Below, one piece after another: positions 1 to 11,301 of a DNA stretch of 64,000 nucleotides (positions within the stretch are counted from its first letter, which is position 1; each line of letters starts with the position of its first letter). The notes under the pieces were generated by a model. It saw nothing but the letters and a program-made list of their open reading frames with translations. It was not told the DNA's origin and searched no databases. The position numbers and the translations under genes are program-made. Source of the DNA: Tubulanus polymorphus. Taxonomy: Eukaryota; Animalia; Nemertea. Location of the stretch: assembly GCF_964204645.1 (NCBI RefSeq), contig NC_134036.1, positions 2,728,001 to 2,792,000 on the forward strand, written 5' to 3'.

Positions 1-2905
1 CCTTCCATCTCCCTCTACTTCTCTCCATCGCTCTTCCTTTCTCTCCTCCTCCTTCCCCCTCCCTCTCTTGTATTCCTCTTCACCCTTATCTAGAGTATGC
101 GGTATGTACATGTACATTTCTTTCTCCTCGTAATCCATTATACACAATATAAACGATGTGCAAATCATGAATATCAATGCAATTTCATTTTCAATATGAT
201 CACTATTATAAGGATCAAGTATTAGCAAGTAGTATATATGTACCGGGCCTTATGCACATATATAGACCAGTAGTTTCGTCCTTATCCGTCCTCGCTTGCC
301 AGGATTTGAAAGCCTCCTGCCGAAGCTCATGCCAACACAAAACCTTCATTGGTCTATTATTACATTACCCCAGAACATTATTGTAACGGGTTTTACGGCA
401 TCAAAAATTGTTAAGTGCATACAATAATAGCTATCATTGTTAAAACAGATTGAGAATTACACCTAGATTTGAAACTGCATTTACACGCTCATGACGCCCA
501 GGCAATTGCTATTGTGTCAGTCAAGTATAAAACTGTACCTAAAATGCGTGGATATTGTTTTAGAATATATACATATTACCTTTGAATCTCGTAATCATTG
601 ATGTTGTGAAGACTATATAGTGAATTCCAGCAGCTTAGTATATCTTACAATATCTCTAGTTTATATCATATTTGTCAAGATTTTTTTTACGTACAGTGAT
701 TTCTGTTCTGCCGAAACAGCAATCGATAAAGATTTGGATTATGTTTAGTTTCATCGTTGATATGAAAAAAAAAGGTTTGCGCAAATTACCTACAGTAATT
801 TCTGGCAGACGCCGAAACTGCAATCGATGAATATTTGAGTTGTGGTCATTTTTTATGATCGATATCAGAAGATTTTCGAACACTCAGCGGAGTTTGCGAC
901 CCCCTAACCTCCTAACCCCTCACCCGCCCCTCGGATCCACTCCTGCTATAGGGGTAAATCTTCAACGTGGGTGACAACCTCCGCAGAAACAATCGGAAAT
1001 CACGTTTGTTATCGACAAATTTCAAAATGTTCCCAGGGAGATTATTTTGTTCCATATCTATTAAACTCAGCCTTGTTATTGTCACGTTGTTCTGAACTAT
1101 ATATACATTTACAATTACTTTGCTTCTGTTGAATAAAATTAAATGCTTGTTAAAAAAAAAATTGTTTAATTTTTAATTGCTTATCGAGAAAGTCGCGCGT
1201 TAATTGGTGATACAAGTGGAGATGAGATAGGAGAGGCGGACATGAGAGGGTGAGGAGGACACGGGAGGGTGTGGAGGGAGACGGAGAGAGAATGAAAGGA
1301 GAGATGGCATAGAAACTCTATGGAAGGTTGCATTATGAAAGGGTGCCTCAGAACTTAAAGATAGGCAGCATCAGAAGTTAAAGATAGGGTTTAAGAACGT
1401 ACAGTTAAGGGTGCATCAGAAGTTAAAGATATGGCTTTTAAACAGATAAGGGTGCATCATTTGCATCATCCGTCTCAACTTAGTGCTCCCTTCATTGTCA
1501 TTGTTATTTTGTTTTTAAAAATTCTTTCCTTTCATGTTGTTTATCTTTTAGTATTTTAACTACATTGGCAATCTCGTCCTTTGTATCTGATCTTGTATTT
1601 TGTTTGTTCGTGACTCCTTTTTTACATGTTCATTGACAATCTCTGTACAGATTTTATGATGAATAAGTTGAGTTCAAAACTCGAAAGACAGGACGTTAGA
1701 ATTTAAATGGTGCATTAGCACTTAGAGAGAGAGAGGGCGTTAGAACTTTACGAAAGGGCGTTTAACAAACATATCATAATCACCTTTTCCATCGATTGTA
1801 ATCAAATTCGAAACATTCAATACTCATTGAATAAAGAGTTAGTTTTTGCAGATGCTGTCACAATTATATTTAATGAAGCGACCCGAGCACCGTGAACGTT
1901 TGATTGTCGTATCTAAAATCGTTAATGGTTCCCGTTAAATTTGAAACCAGCGCGTTCCAGTTCCACACTCATTAATTGAATCTAAATTCATAACAACCTC
2001 ATCGACGCTCGATACGAAAGGACCTTTCGAGTTATTTTTTCTGTCTCGCTCAATTTAGTCTTGTTGAAATAATCGTTAATTGGTTACGGTGAATTTTAAT
2101 TTATTCATTATTTTCTAACTTCACACCCAGGAGCGTCGCTAGGTCTATTAAAGCGTGTCAGAATTAATATAAGCGGAACTATATGCCATACTTTGCACCG
2201 TATCCGCCGAGACCCGCAGGCAAACGAGAGTTTCTGAATTCTTGAAATTACTTGGTCGTTCAAGGATAAGGGATTTACTGTTGAAATTGGAAACCCAAGG
2301 GAGGGCGGGGGGGGGGCGTTTTCCGGAACTTTAAAGGCAAAAGATTTATTTCCGTAATGTGAAAAACAAAATCAAAATTTGGAGTTTGAATTCAAAAAGG
2401 GGAGTCGTGCACACCCCCGACACCGTCCGGCTTCCGTCCTATTTACAAGAACGACAACAAAACGTTTAGAAAAAAAGCTGTTACAAGGACAAACTGAAAA
2501 AATAGAACAGATATCGCGAAAAACGTCGATGAAATGCACAACTAACGCTAATAAGGTCATTCATAATGACGTTTATCGGGAATATCTGATTTGTCAAGGA
2601 CAATTATTATGAAAATCATTTTCCCCTTTCGTAGTGTATTCGATTTTTCAAAAGGTATTTCTGTGTAAATCATTGATTGCTGATAATGTTGTGTTCAATA
2701 GGGAATTTTTTTCTCTTTCCTTTGAATTCCTCGCGGCTTTCATCGAAGACAACATCATTTATATGCCGCACAATAGATAGGAAACAGAGTAATAAAAGTT
2801 TCTTTGAGTTTATTCAATATTTCGACTTGAACTTCGATCTCTATCTTCCCTCATTGGGAAGGCAAGGGTCCGGACCCCCTAGACCACACCCTAAACCAAC
2901 CATCG

Positions 2906-3020
2906 CTGAGGCCGGTTTTATGGATCGGTATTACCTTTAACCCAGGGGATAACTTAATTAAAAACAAATTGAGTTAACCCACGGGTTAAAGGTAATACCA
3001 GTCTATAAATCCGGCCCCTG
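2906..3020. mobile_element. Palindromic MITE (GGCCGG...CCGGCC ends)
   Basis: ggccggttttatgga..ggtattacctttaaccc pairs with gggttaaaggtaatacc..tctataaatccggcc. Confidence 0.65.
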
Positions 3021-3178
3021 GGCTGGTAATTTTGAATTTTGCCCGTTAAACAACTGCCAACTGTTCCTAATTTTCACTATTTGTTTTTACATCTTATAAC
3101 AAGAAATACTGATTTGATGTTTGATATGTACAGAAATATGTGAAAGATGTTACTGAGGGTCTTACCATTGATTACAGA

Positions 3179-3522
3179 TATGATTTCATCCTCCCCTGGC
3201 AGGGATTCGAACCTGATGGCATCGAGTTTGCAACGGTACGAAACCCTGCCACACTAGACCGAGTGCGCAGCTTAGATGGTAGCATTATTAGCCAATCAGA
3301 TATCCTGTTTTATTTTAGCCCGGGTTTTCCCATTTATAATTCTTCCGTGAAATTTACCTCAGCGATTATACAACGAGCAATCTGATTGGTGCCGCAGGTT
3401 TTCGTGCGGCAAAGCTGCGCATGTACCTGCGCACCCGGTCTACTGTGGCAGGGGTTCGTGTCGTCGCCGCGTGTAGCGATGCCATCAGGTTCGAATCCCT
3501 GCCGAGGGAGGATGATATGATT
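3179..3522. mobile_element. Fold-back element whose ~90-bp inverted arms are tRNA-like (A/B-box) heads
   Basis: tcatcctccc..ggcagggattcgaacctgatggcatcg..ccctgccacactagaccgagtgcgcag versus ctgcgcacccggtctactgtggcaggg..cgatgccatcaggttcgaatccctgcc..gggaggatga; inner ccaatcagat/atctgattgg is also inverted. Confidence 0.7.
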
Positions 3523-3526
3523 CCAA

Positions 3527-3750
3527 GGGTCTTACTGTTGATTACTGATAAATTTGAACAGAAATATGAAAGATGTTACTGAGGGTCTTACTGTTGATTA
3601 CTGATTAATTTGAACCTAAATATGAAAGATGTTACTCAGGGCCTTACTGTTGGTAACTGATTAATTTGAACAGAAATATGAAAGAAGTTACTGAGGGTCT
3701 TACTGTTGATTACTGATTAATTTGAACAGAAATATGAAAGATGTTACTGA
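3527..3750 (+). repeat. 56-bp tandem repeat (~4 copies, plus one at ~3130-3180)
   Basis: Unit gatgttactgagggtcttactgttgattactgattaatttgaacagaaatatgaaa. Confidence 0.85.
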
Positions 3751-4361
3751 CAGTCTAAATGTTGATAACTGGGATTAATTCTAACATTTTCTTTTATCTT
3801 TCGATGAAAGATGCCTGAAAAAATTTCACTTGTGATTGTCTTCAGAAATTTACAACTGAAGTTCATTAGTTTTTTGAAGGTAATTTCTTGTGCAATTAGT
3901 GACGCTACTGTTGCTGCTGCTGCTGCTGCGGTTGCTGATGCTGCTGTATTAAGTTGCAAGTCGTAATAGCGACATAAGTTTCAACAATCAACGACCGTTT
4001 TTTCATTTTGAATTATTTATGTCCACTCTCACTCTTGAGAAACAGCCGATTGTCCAATAGTGATTTTGAGGTTTAGTCGATATTCGGAGCTCTCCTATTT
4101 TTTTTCAACGGCGCACGGGTAAAATCGACCCGGGTGGGAGTTATTTGCAATTCTCGACAGGCGGGTCGATAACGGGGGGAATATGTTTACCCGAGAGCAA
4201 ATTATTTAACAACAATTTAGGCGCTGTTTCTGTCGAATTATTGACAGCTCGAAAACAGTAGTTAACGAGAAAATTGAGAATTGAAAAATCTGAAATAATC
4301 GTTTCGAGCGGTTTGTGCTGCACGGTATAAACGTTATTTAATATTTAGTATTCGTGCGCTA

Positions 4362-5190
4362 TGGGATAGACTTTGCGCTGTGTGGGACAGATATACTCGT
4401 GCGCTATGGGGGGATAGACTTTGTGCTGTGTGGGACAGATAGACTTTGTGCTGTGTGGGACAGATAGACTTTGTGCTGTGTGGGACATACAGACTTTGCG
4501 CTGTGTGGGACAGATAGACTTTGTGCTGTGTGGGACAGATAGACTTTGCGCTGTGTGGGACAGATAGACTTTGTGCTGTGTGGGACAGATAGACTTTGTG
4601 CTGTGTGGGACAGATAGACTTTGTGCTGTGTGGGACAGATAGACTTTGTGCTGTGTGGGACAGATAGACTTTGTGCTGTGTGGGACAGATAGACTTTGTG
4701 CTGTGTGGGACAGATATACTTTGCGCTGTGTGGGACAGATAGACTTTGTGCTGTGTGGGACAGATATACTTTGTGCTGTGTGGGACAGATATACTTTGTG
4801 CTGTGTGGGACATATAGACTTTGTGCTGTGTGGGACAGATATACTTTGTGCTGTGTGGGACAGATATACTTTGTGCTGTGTGGGACATATAGACTTTGTG
4901 CTGTGTGGGACAGATAGACTTTGTGCTGTGTGGGACATATAGACTTTGTGCTGTGTGGGACAGATAGACTTTGTGCTGTGTGGGACAGATAGACTTTGTG
5001 CTGTGTGGGACAGATAGACTTTGTGCTGTGTGGGACATATAGACTTTGTGCTGTGTGGGACAGATAGACTTTACGCTGTGTGGGACAGATAGACTTTGCG
5101 CTGTGTGGGACAGATATACTTTGTGCTGTGTGGGACATATAGACTTTGTGCTGTGTGGGACAGATATACTTGTGCGGTATGGGATAGACT
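4362..5190 (+). repeat. 25-bp minisatellite, ~32 near-identical copies
   Basis: Unit ttgtgctgtgtgggacagatagact; explains the overlapping repetitive ORFs at 4334-5260. Confidence 0.97.
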
Positions 5191-5279
5191 TAGTGGAATG
5201 GGACGAACAATACAGACTAGACTTGACCGTGGAACTAGAGCCAGTGTCGAATGAGATCACACTTGAACTGGGTCCAGAG

Positions 5280-5545
5280 TCAAATCAAACCCACACAACA
5301 CTGCCCCGTGGAGTCCAGAGACAAATTTAACCCGCACAACTGCACAAATAGACCCAAAGATGAATTAAACCCACACAACTGTGGATCTGGAAATAGACAC
5401 AAATTAAACCCACACAACTGTAGAACTGGATCCAGAGTCAAATTAAACCCCCACAATTGTAGAACTGGATCCAGAGTCAAATTAAACCCACACAATTGTA
5501 GAACTAGGCCCAGAGTCAAATTAAACCCACGAAACTATAGAACTG
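5280..5545 (+). repeat. 39-bp minisatellite (dispersed family; also 33975-34100 on + and 54940-55130 on -)
   Basis: Unit aaattaaacccacacaactgtagaactggatccagagtc, ~7 copies. Confidence 0.9.
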
Positions 5546-5929
5546 TTCGTTCGAAATTACACATTTACCACCACGATTCAAGACGTCTTCGAAACGAATG
5601 AAAACAAACATTCGCGTCTCGTAAAGAGAAGATTTCCGGACTTTAGTCCGTAATGCAAATTTCAGTCGTAAATCAGTTTGAAAGTCAACGAAACGAAATG
5701 TTTGCCAACAGCTTGTATTTCTTTTAACGTGCGATTCACTCGGGTAGTTTTCCTGGTAAGTGGTGCGGCATACGCGAATCAATCGATATATCATATCGTA
5801 CCGTTCGCAAACCATTGAGCTGAAAAAATGACGATAAGTCGTGGTTCTTGTCGTCGTCCGGGGGTTTGTGGTATAGAGTTTCATCGGGTTCTGATAGAAA
5901 GGACAGAGCTGAACGTTTGACACTCATCG

Positions 5930-6330
5930 CACCTATAGCGGGAGAGCAGCGAATAAAACAGTCAAAATAGGTTCTCGGTGAGCCCCCTCTCCTCACAGCT
6001 GTAGCGGGAGAGCAGCGACTAGAACTGAGACAATAGGTTCTCGGTGAGCCCCCTCTCCTCACAGCTGTAGCGGGAGAGCGTAGAACAGTCAAAATAGGTT
6101 CTCGGTGAACCCCCTCTCCTCACAGCTGTTGTGGGGAACAGCGAGTAGAATCGTCAAAATAAGTTCTCGGTTAACCTTCCCTGGCGGCTACGCCGGGAAA
6201 GCAGAACGGACACAGAACCCCTTCTCACAGCTGTAGCAGGGGAACAGAGGTTCTTGGTGGACTCTCTCCCGTGGTAAACAGTAACTTCAGTTCCCGATGA
6301 ACCCCTCGCTCCAAAGCAGTGCTCGCGGGA
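5930..6330 (+). repeat. ~60-67-bp tandem repeat with two hairpins per unit
   Basis: aataggttctcggtgagccccctctcctcacagctgtagcgggagag repeated ~3 times plus degenerate copies. Confidence 0.85.
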
Positions 6331-6930
6331 GAGGTATATGCGACTGAAACTAAGTTACTAATGAAATTAAAGTAATAAAGTAAGTAGGTGATCGCAATGA
6401 GATCTCGACTCTCCTATTACAACTTTCACTGATTGATATTGGAATTTTCAACGCCCTAATTTTCTATTGTCACATATTTCCGCCCAGTCCGCGGATAGGG
6501 AGGATTTACATTGCTAATCTCGAATTGCACCACGTAAACATCAGAAATCGTAATTGCATTTTAATTGGTTGCCTCCAAGCAAGATGTCGTGTCTTCTCAA
6601 TTCAACGTTTGTTCTCAATTTCATGCTTTCATATAAAATAATTTGAAATTTAGATTGAAAAGGGGATTTATTTAGGCAGACGAAGTGCACCGCTTCAACT
6701 GCTTGGTGTCATAGAGGGAATCATGGAGGCGACCATCTCATTTGGTTAAGATTGCCATTGCCTTTCGACGATGTCATAGGGGGTTTCAGGAAGCATCCAT
6801 CCTGTCTGAGGACGTGCCCAACGCTTCATCAACCTGATGAAGCCGTATGGGATTTTACGGGAGCAGCCCTTTTTCCAGAAGCTTTGTTCATCATCAAAGC
6901 ATCAAACTAAAAAGTAAGGCTAGAAATAAT

Positions 6931-7139
6931 TGATACCTCGTTTCTCGTTTCTGCTGTGCCTAAAAGTTAATGACCCAGCCGGCCGCCTATCTACCCTGTA
7001 CATTACTTCTTTTTTGTTAAAAATCATGATCAAACTTACCATAACAGACCGGGCACCCAGCAAGCCAATAGAAATGAACTGATTACAAATTTATTTGCAG
7101 TTTACAAAAGGTGACCCGATTAGGAGAAATAAGGTATCA
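6931..7139. mobile_element. MITE with TGATACCT..TTTCTC terminal inverted repeats (copy 1)
   Basis: tgatacctcgtttctc / gagaaataaggtatca; internal sequence shared with the copy at 56511-56676. Confidence 0.75.
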
Positions 7140-8723
7140 TTTCATTTCAGCTGTTCAAGAGGAACTGTTGACAAGCATCGAAAATGGAAATGCAAAATGT
7201 CATCTCCAAATCAAACAGATTAATAACATTCATCCCCAGCAGTTCGTGTTTCTAATTCTAATTCTATTTAGCTAATTAAAACGGGTGTGCGTTGTTCTGC
7301 CTTCTCTTTGACAGGTCTTCATCGTCTTCCACGTCGCGATTGCTCTATTTAAAGAGGTGCGATCGCCACCGTTTTCAGTTCTTAAAAGGATTCATCCACT
7401 CGATTCTGTTAATCCTTATAGACAACTTCAACGCTCCAATCTATGCGAGTTTCTTATCAACTTTATTAAATCATTGCTTGAATCGTTTTAAAAACATTCA
7501 TCAACAAATCGTCAACGATTACAAGTTTTGAGGGAAGTCTTACAGCGTTGAAGTTAAGAAAATCTTGGCTTCAAATCTTTTCGTTTTAATTGCTTCAAAC
7601 AGACATTCTCGTTCCGCCATCCGTTTAACAGACCTTTTAGTCATTTTCGGTTGATTGCAACTTGGCGCCTATAAACACGTCCCCGAAACTCTAGGATTTT
7701 GTGTCGGTCGATCGGGAGAACTTTGCTGCAGATATTTTGCGTGGACATTCGGCGAAACTTTTGGAGTTTGTGACTTTTACTTTGTGCTAAGAGTCCAATT
7801 CTTTTGCGTAGAAATAAGTTTGAAATTCAGTGGTGGATTCTGAAAACAGGAATATATGTATCCTAGAGTTTGTAACTTTTGATTTGGATTTTGGAAACAT
7901 CACCTTCTTACCGTCCTGTAGTAGTACGTTTTCAACAACTTCTTCGTTCAGTGAGTAGTATTAAAGAAAAGTTTAATCAACATCATCAAGATCTTTGGGC
8001 CTATTGGATATCGGGAAGTGTTTGAATCAAAGAACTCGGAGTTGATGAAATTTTCTGCGTTACTCAGAAATATCGCGGAGGATTTAGAGGATTGCGCTGA
8101 GACATTTGCAGAAAACAAATCAAACAACACTTTCGAAGAACTAAGACGGAGAAAGTTCCCAATTACGTCAAAAAAGTTCTGAACTGATAGCGTTCAAGAC
8201 GAGCGTCTTTCCGAAGAAGGTTAGTTTCATGTTGGTTTTAGTCTAACGTATAAAATAAATGATATCATCCAGCATTCATTATTCTTCAATATTGGATATA
8301 TCACATGGGTTTAGCCAATGAATTTCAAGAGCTCTGCCGTCAGGTGAAATTTTATTTTTCGGCCAGAAATAGTTTGAGTTGGTTAAAGCAGTTGCTATCG
8401 AAAATGGTGAACATTTCAGCTTCGTTGTTACCTGGTGCAAAACGCCAAACAAAACGGTTTTCCCGATTTTACAAGACGGATTTAGCTTAAGACAACACTA
8501 TGAGATTCGAAATCGTTTTCCATTTTCGCGATATGCCACGACTTCGCTCGTGCAAATAATATCGGACCATGAAATTGGCAATAGCTGTCTCAAATAATGA
8601 AAGAATTGCGAAGAACGGATATTTGCCTTGCCGTCGACTTTTCTCTTGGCAGGTCGATCCGGGATTGTTATTATTTCTTTTTCTCCACTTTCACAGGGTC
8701 CAGAAGACCAGACGAAAAAAAAA

Positions 8724-9920
8724 ATGACGAACAACACGACGCAGCTTAACGCCAGTTTCCCTGGTAACAGTTCAGCGGACGGCGGCGACTACAGCGACGC
8801 CTACCCTCCGTTGAGCGAACTGGATAAATTCTACTTGAACATATCCGATTACTTGTCCATCTACGGCAACCTGAGTCTAGCCGCTATCGGAATCCCCGTC
8901 AATCTCTTTACCGTCTACGTCATGTTGAGAAAACTAGCGAGATTGCGCAACGCGACGAGAGCAAATTTCAGCACCATCTTGTACATCATAATCTTGGCCA
9001 TTTCCGACGCGTTGTTGCTCGTATTCGGGGCGCTTGCTTTAGGAATCGGTCGTGTCTACGGCGTTAACGCTTACGATTATAACCTGTACACTTGTCGTAT
9101 CGGCATCTACGGCTTGTACACGACCAGTTCCATATCGATGTGGATGATCTGCGTCATCGCCGTCGAGAGAACGGTCGTCGTTTACCGCCCCCTATCGGTG
9201 GGAAGGTGTTGCGCGACCGTTCAGACGGCCGTGTCGCTGAGCGTCGCTATAATCGTGTTCATACTCGGTTTCTACAGCGTTTCTATTTGGGGGTTCGGAC
9301 TGGGCGAATACGGCTGCACGCCGCTTCCCCAATTCAACTTTTACATCCACAATATCCATGTCTACGTCGACAGTTTCATCTACGCTTACGGCCCGATTAC
9401 AATACTGCTAGTCTGCAACACGGCAATACTAGTACGCATGCGCGTCGCTAGTAAGTTCCGGAAAAGCGCAGGCAAGACGCCCGCTTCCGGGGGACAAAAT
9501 TCGAAAGCCGGCGCCGATGGTAAGCATTCCTCTTTGACGAAAATGTTGACGATAGTCAGCGTAGTGGCATTCCTCCTCATCAGTCCGACCTCTCTCTATC
9601 TGAATTTCACCACTTTCTCCGCCTATGACGTACGTTACATCGTCCCGTTAGACATCCTGCTATCTACCGTCTGCGATCTATTGATCTTTCTCAATTCGAC
9701 CTTGAACTTCTTTCTCTACGTCATCAGCGGAAGCCAGTTCCGCGCCGACATGAAAGAGTCGTTGCCTAGGTGTGTGTGTCTGCTGACCGATCGGAAGGTG
9801 GCACGTCCCAAGAGGGACACCATCTTGCATTGTGCAAATCCAACCGCAGGAGGAGCAGCAGCAGCAGCAGCATCAGCAGCAGCAGCAGCACCCACATCTC
9901 AAAATAGAGTCGATCCGTAG
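8724..9920 (+). CDS. Class A (rhodopsin-like) GPCR, FMRFamide/sex-peptide/TRH-receptor-like peptide receptor group, 398 aa, single coding exon
   Basis: ATG at 8724 (MTNNTTQLNAS, N-glycosylation sequons) just after a polypyrimidine/CAG acceptor ending at 8697. Seven hydrophobic segments with GIPVN (TM1), LAISD (TM2), Cys at top of TM3, ERT (DRY variant), ECL2 Cys, TM5 P, NFFLY..SGSQFR (TM7/helix 8). The ORF track start at 8628 is a TTG within the intron. Confidence 0.93.
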   Translation: MTNNTTQLNASFPGNSSADGGDYSDAYPPLSELDKFYLNISDYLSIYGNLSLAAIGIPVNLFTVYVMLRKLARLRNATRANFSTILYIIILAISDALLLVFGALALGIGRVYGVNAYDYNLYTCRIGIYGLYTTSSISMWMICVIAVERTVVVYRPLSVGRCCATVQTAVSLSVAIIVFILGFYSVSIWGFGLGEYGCTPLPQFNFYIHNIHVYVDSFIYAYGPITILLVCNTAILVRMRVASKFRKSAGKTPASGGQNSKAGADGKHSSLTKMLTIVSVVAFLLISPTSLYLNFTTFSAYDVRYIVPLDILLSTVCDLLIFLNSTLNFFLYVISGSQFRADMKESLPRCVCLLTDRKVARPKRDTILHCANPTAGGAAAAAASAAAAAPTSQNRVDP

Positions 9921-10212
9921 TTCTACGTCCTACGTTCTACGTAGTTCTACTTTACAAACAGAAATCAGACTTAAGTTAACAAATCGGTTTCATTCTCCAT
10001 TCCTGGTCCTGTTTGTAATAAAGGTCGCACCTTAGCCCAACGCCTTGTTAGTTTGTAGTCACTCACCGCACCTCGTTGGCGAATATGTTGTGTCACTACC
10101 TGTCCCAAACTTTTGCTTTCATTGCAATCTCGGGCAGGAAAATCTTCGAATCTCGACTGAATTTCGCATTTTCGCGAAGACCTTCACCCGACCCAATAGG
10201 CGGGGATTCCTT

Positions 10213-10215
10213 ATA

Positions 10216-10297
<82 letters not shown>
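10213..10297 (+). repeat. (ATT)n microsatellite
   Basis: About 27 ATT units downstream of the GPCR stop. Confidence 0.97.
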
Positions 10298-10298
<1 letters not shown>

Positions 10299-11301
10299 CT
10301 ATTGTTATTATTATCTATTTATTTCCTTAAGTAACTTTGTACAACGAGTATCCACTCCATAATCGGACGTTTAAAAGGTATTAAAAGGTATTACATTTAA
10401 TATCATACAAAAAGGTATATTACAAAACGGCTTAAAATACAAAGTTCGCATGAGTTACAAAAGCTTGATATAATTATTCTTGCCTAAAAAGTTCCATATT
10501 CGTTCGATATATTTCCCAAATGAATTACGCAGAATATTTCAAACAAATATTGTAATTCGATATTGTAATATTGTTATTTAATATCGAATGCGCTTTTGAG
10601 ATATCGTCAAATATATCACAACGTAAAATGTAACATACGATATAATCACGTATCAATAATTATCGTTGCTGTGGATAATAAGAGAAATCGAAAATATTGC
10701 ATTGTTGTATCGGGTAAATAAAAATGTTGTACATTCCAAGTCGTAGATTTTATTTTCTGATTTTGAAAATTTTGATTTATAAGTCATTTTCAAAGCCAAC
10801 TTGCGCAGTCATGGCTTACTGAGATTAATGATTCATTAACTATAATTGAACAACGAAATTTTTCGGAGGTCAGTTTGGTAGAGGTTGAAATGTTGAAATG
10901 CAATAAGCAATGTTTCCAATGGTTATACGCGCCTAGGCTCTGGAAATTGCTACTTGTGTCCGTTAATTTGAATAGTTCAATTGCGTATGCGAATGAATTC
11001 TTTATCTTGACAAACCGTTACCTGGACCGATTTTCAGACGTAATACGAATTCTTTGGAGGCGCTCAAACGGTAACCGGACCAACTGATCATATGAATCTA
11101 TCAAATATAACATAAATGAATTCTTTATCTTGTTGAGCCGTTACCCCCAATGTCTAGATTAATCCTTTAAATGCCTAAACGGTAGCTTCAGTCTTTTCAA
11201 TCCGCCTGATCGGCAGTAGTTTGTGGTTCGAACTCTTGTGGTACAAAGATCATCCAAACGGTGTTGTCACTGAAAGTACTTGAACTTCAAAAACCAACAG
11301 G

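Noticed and set aside
4334-5260. Long repetitive ORFs (308, 244, 197 aa; SHTAQSLSVPHSTKSICPTQHKVY)
   Set aside because: Artefact of a stop-free 25-bp unit cycling through all three frames; no splice or domain support.
5930-6330. CRISPR-like look of palindromic repeats with variable linkers (also 21078-21845)
   Set aside because: Linkers are homologous to each other rather than unique spacers; eukaryotic context and no cas genes.
6820-6875. CTGATGAAG-ccgta..tacgg as a hammerhead core
   Set aside because: Followed by GAGC rather than GAAA; better explained as the hairpin gcttcatca/tgatgaagc in a decayed repeat.
7954-8182. Open frame VVLKKSLINIIKIFGPIGYREVFESKNSELMKF...KKF* upstream of the GPCR
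   Set aside because: No recognisable homology and no upstream exon linked; at most a uORF or 5'UTR exon.
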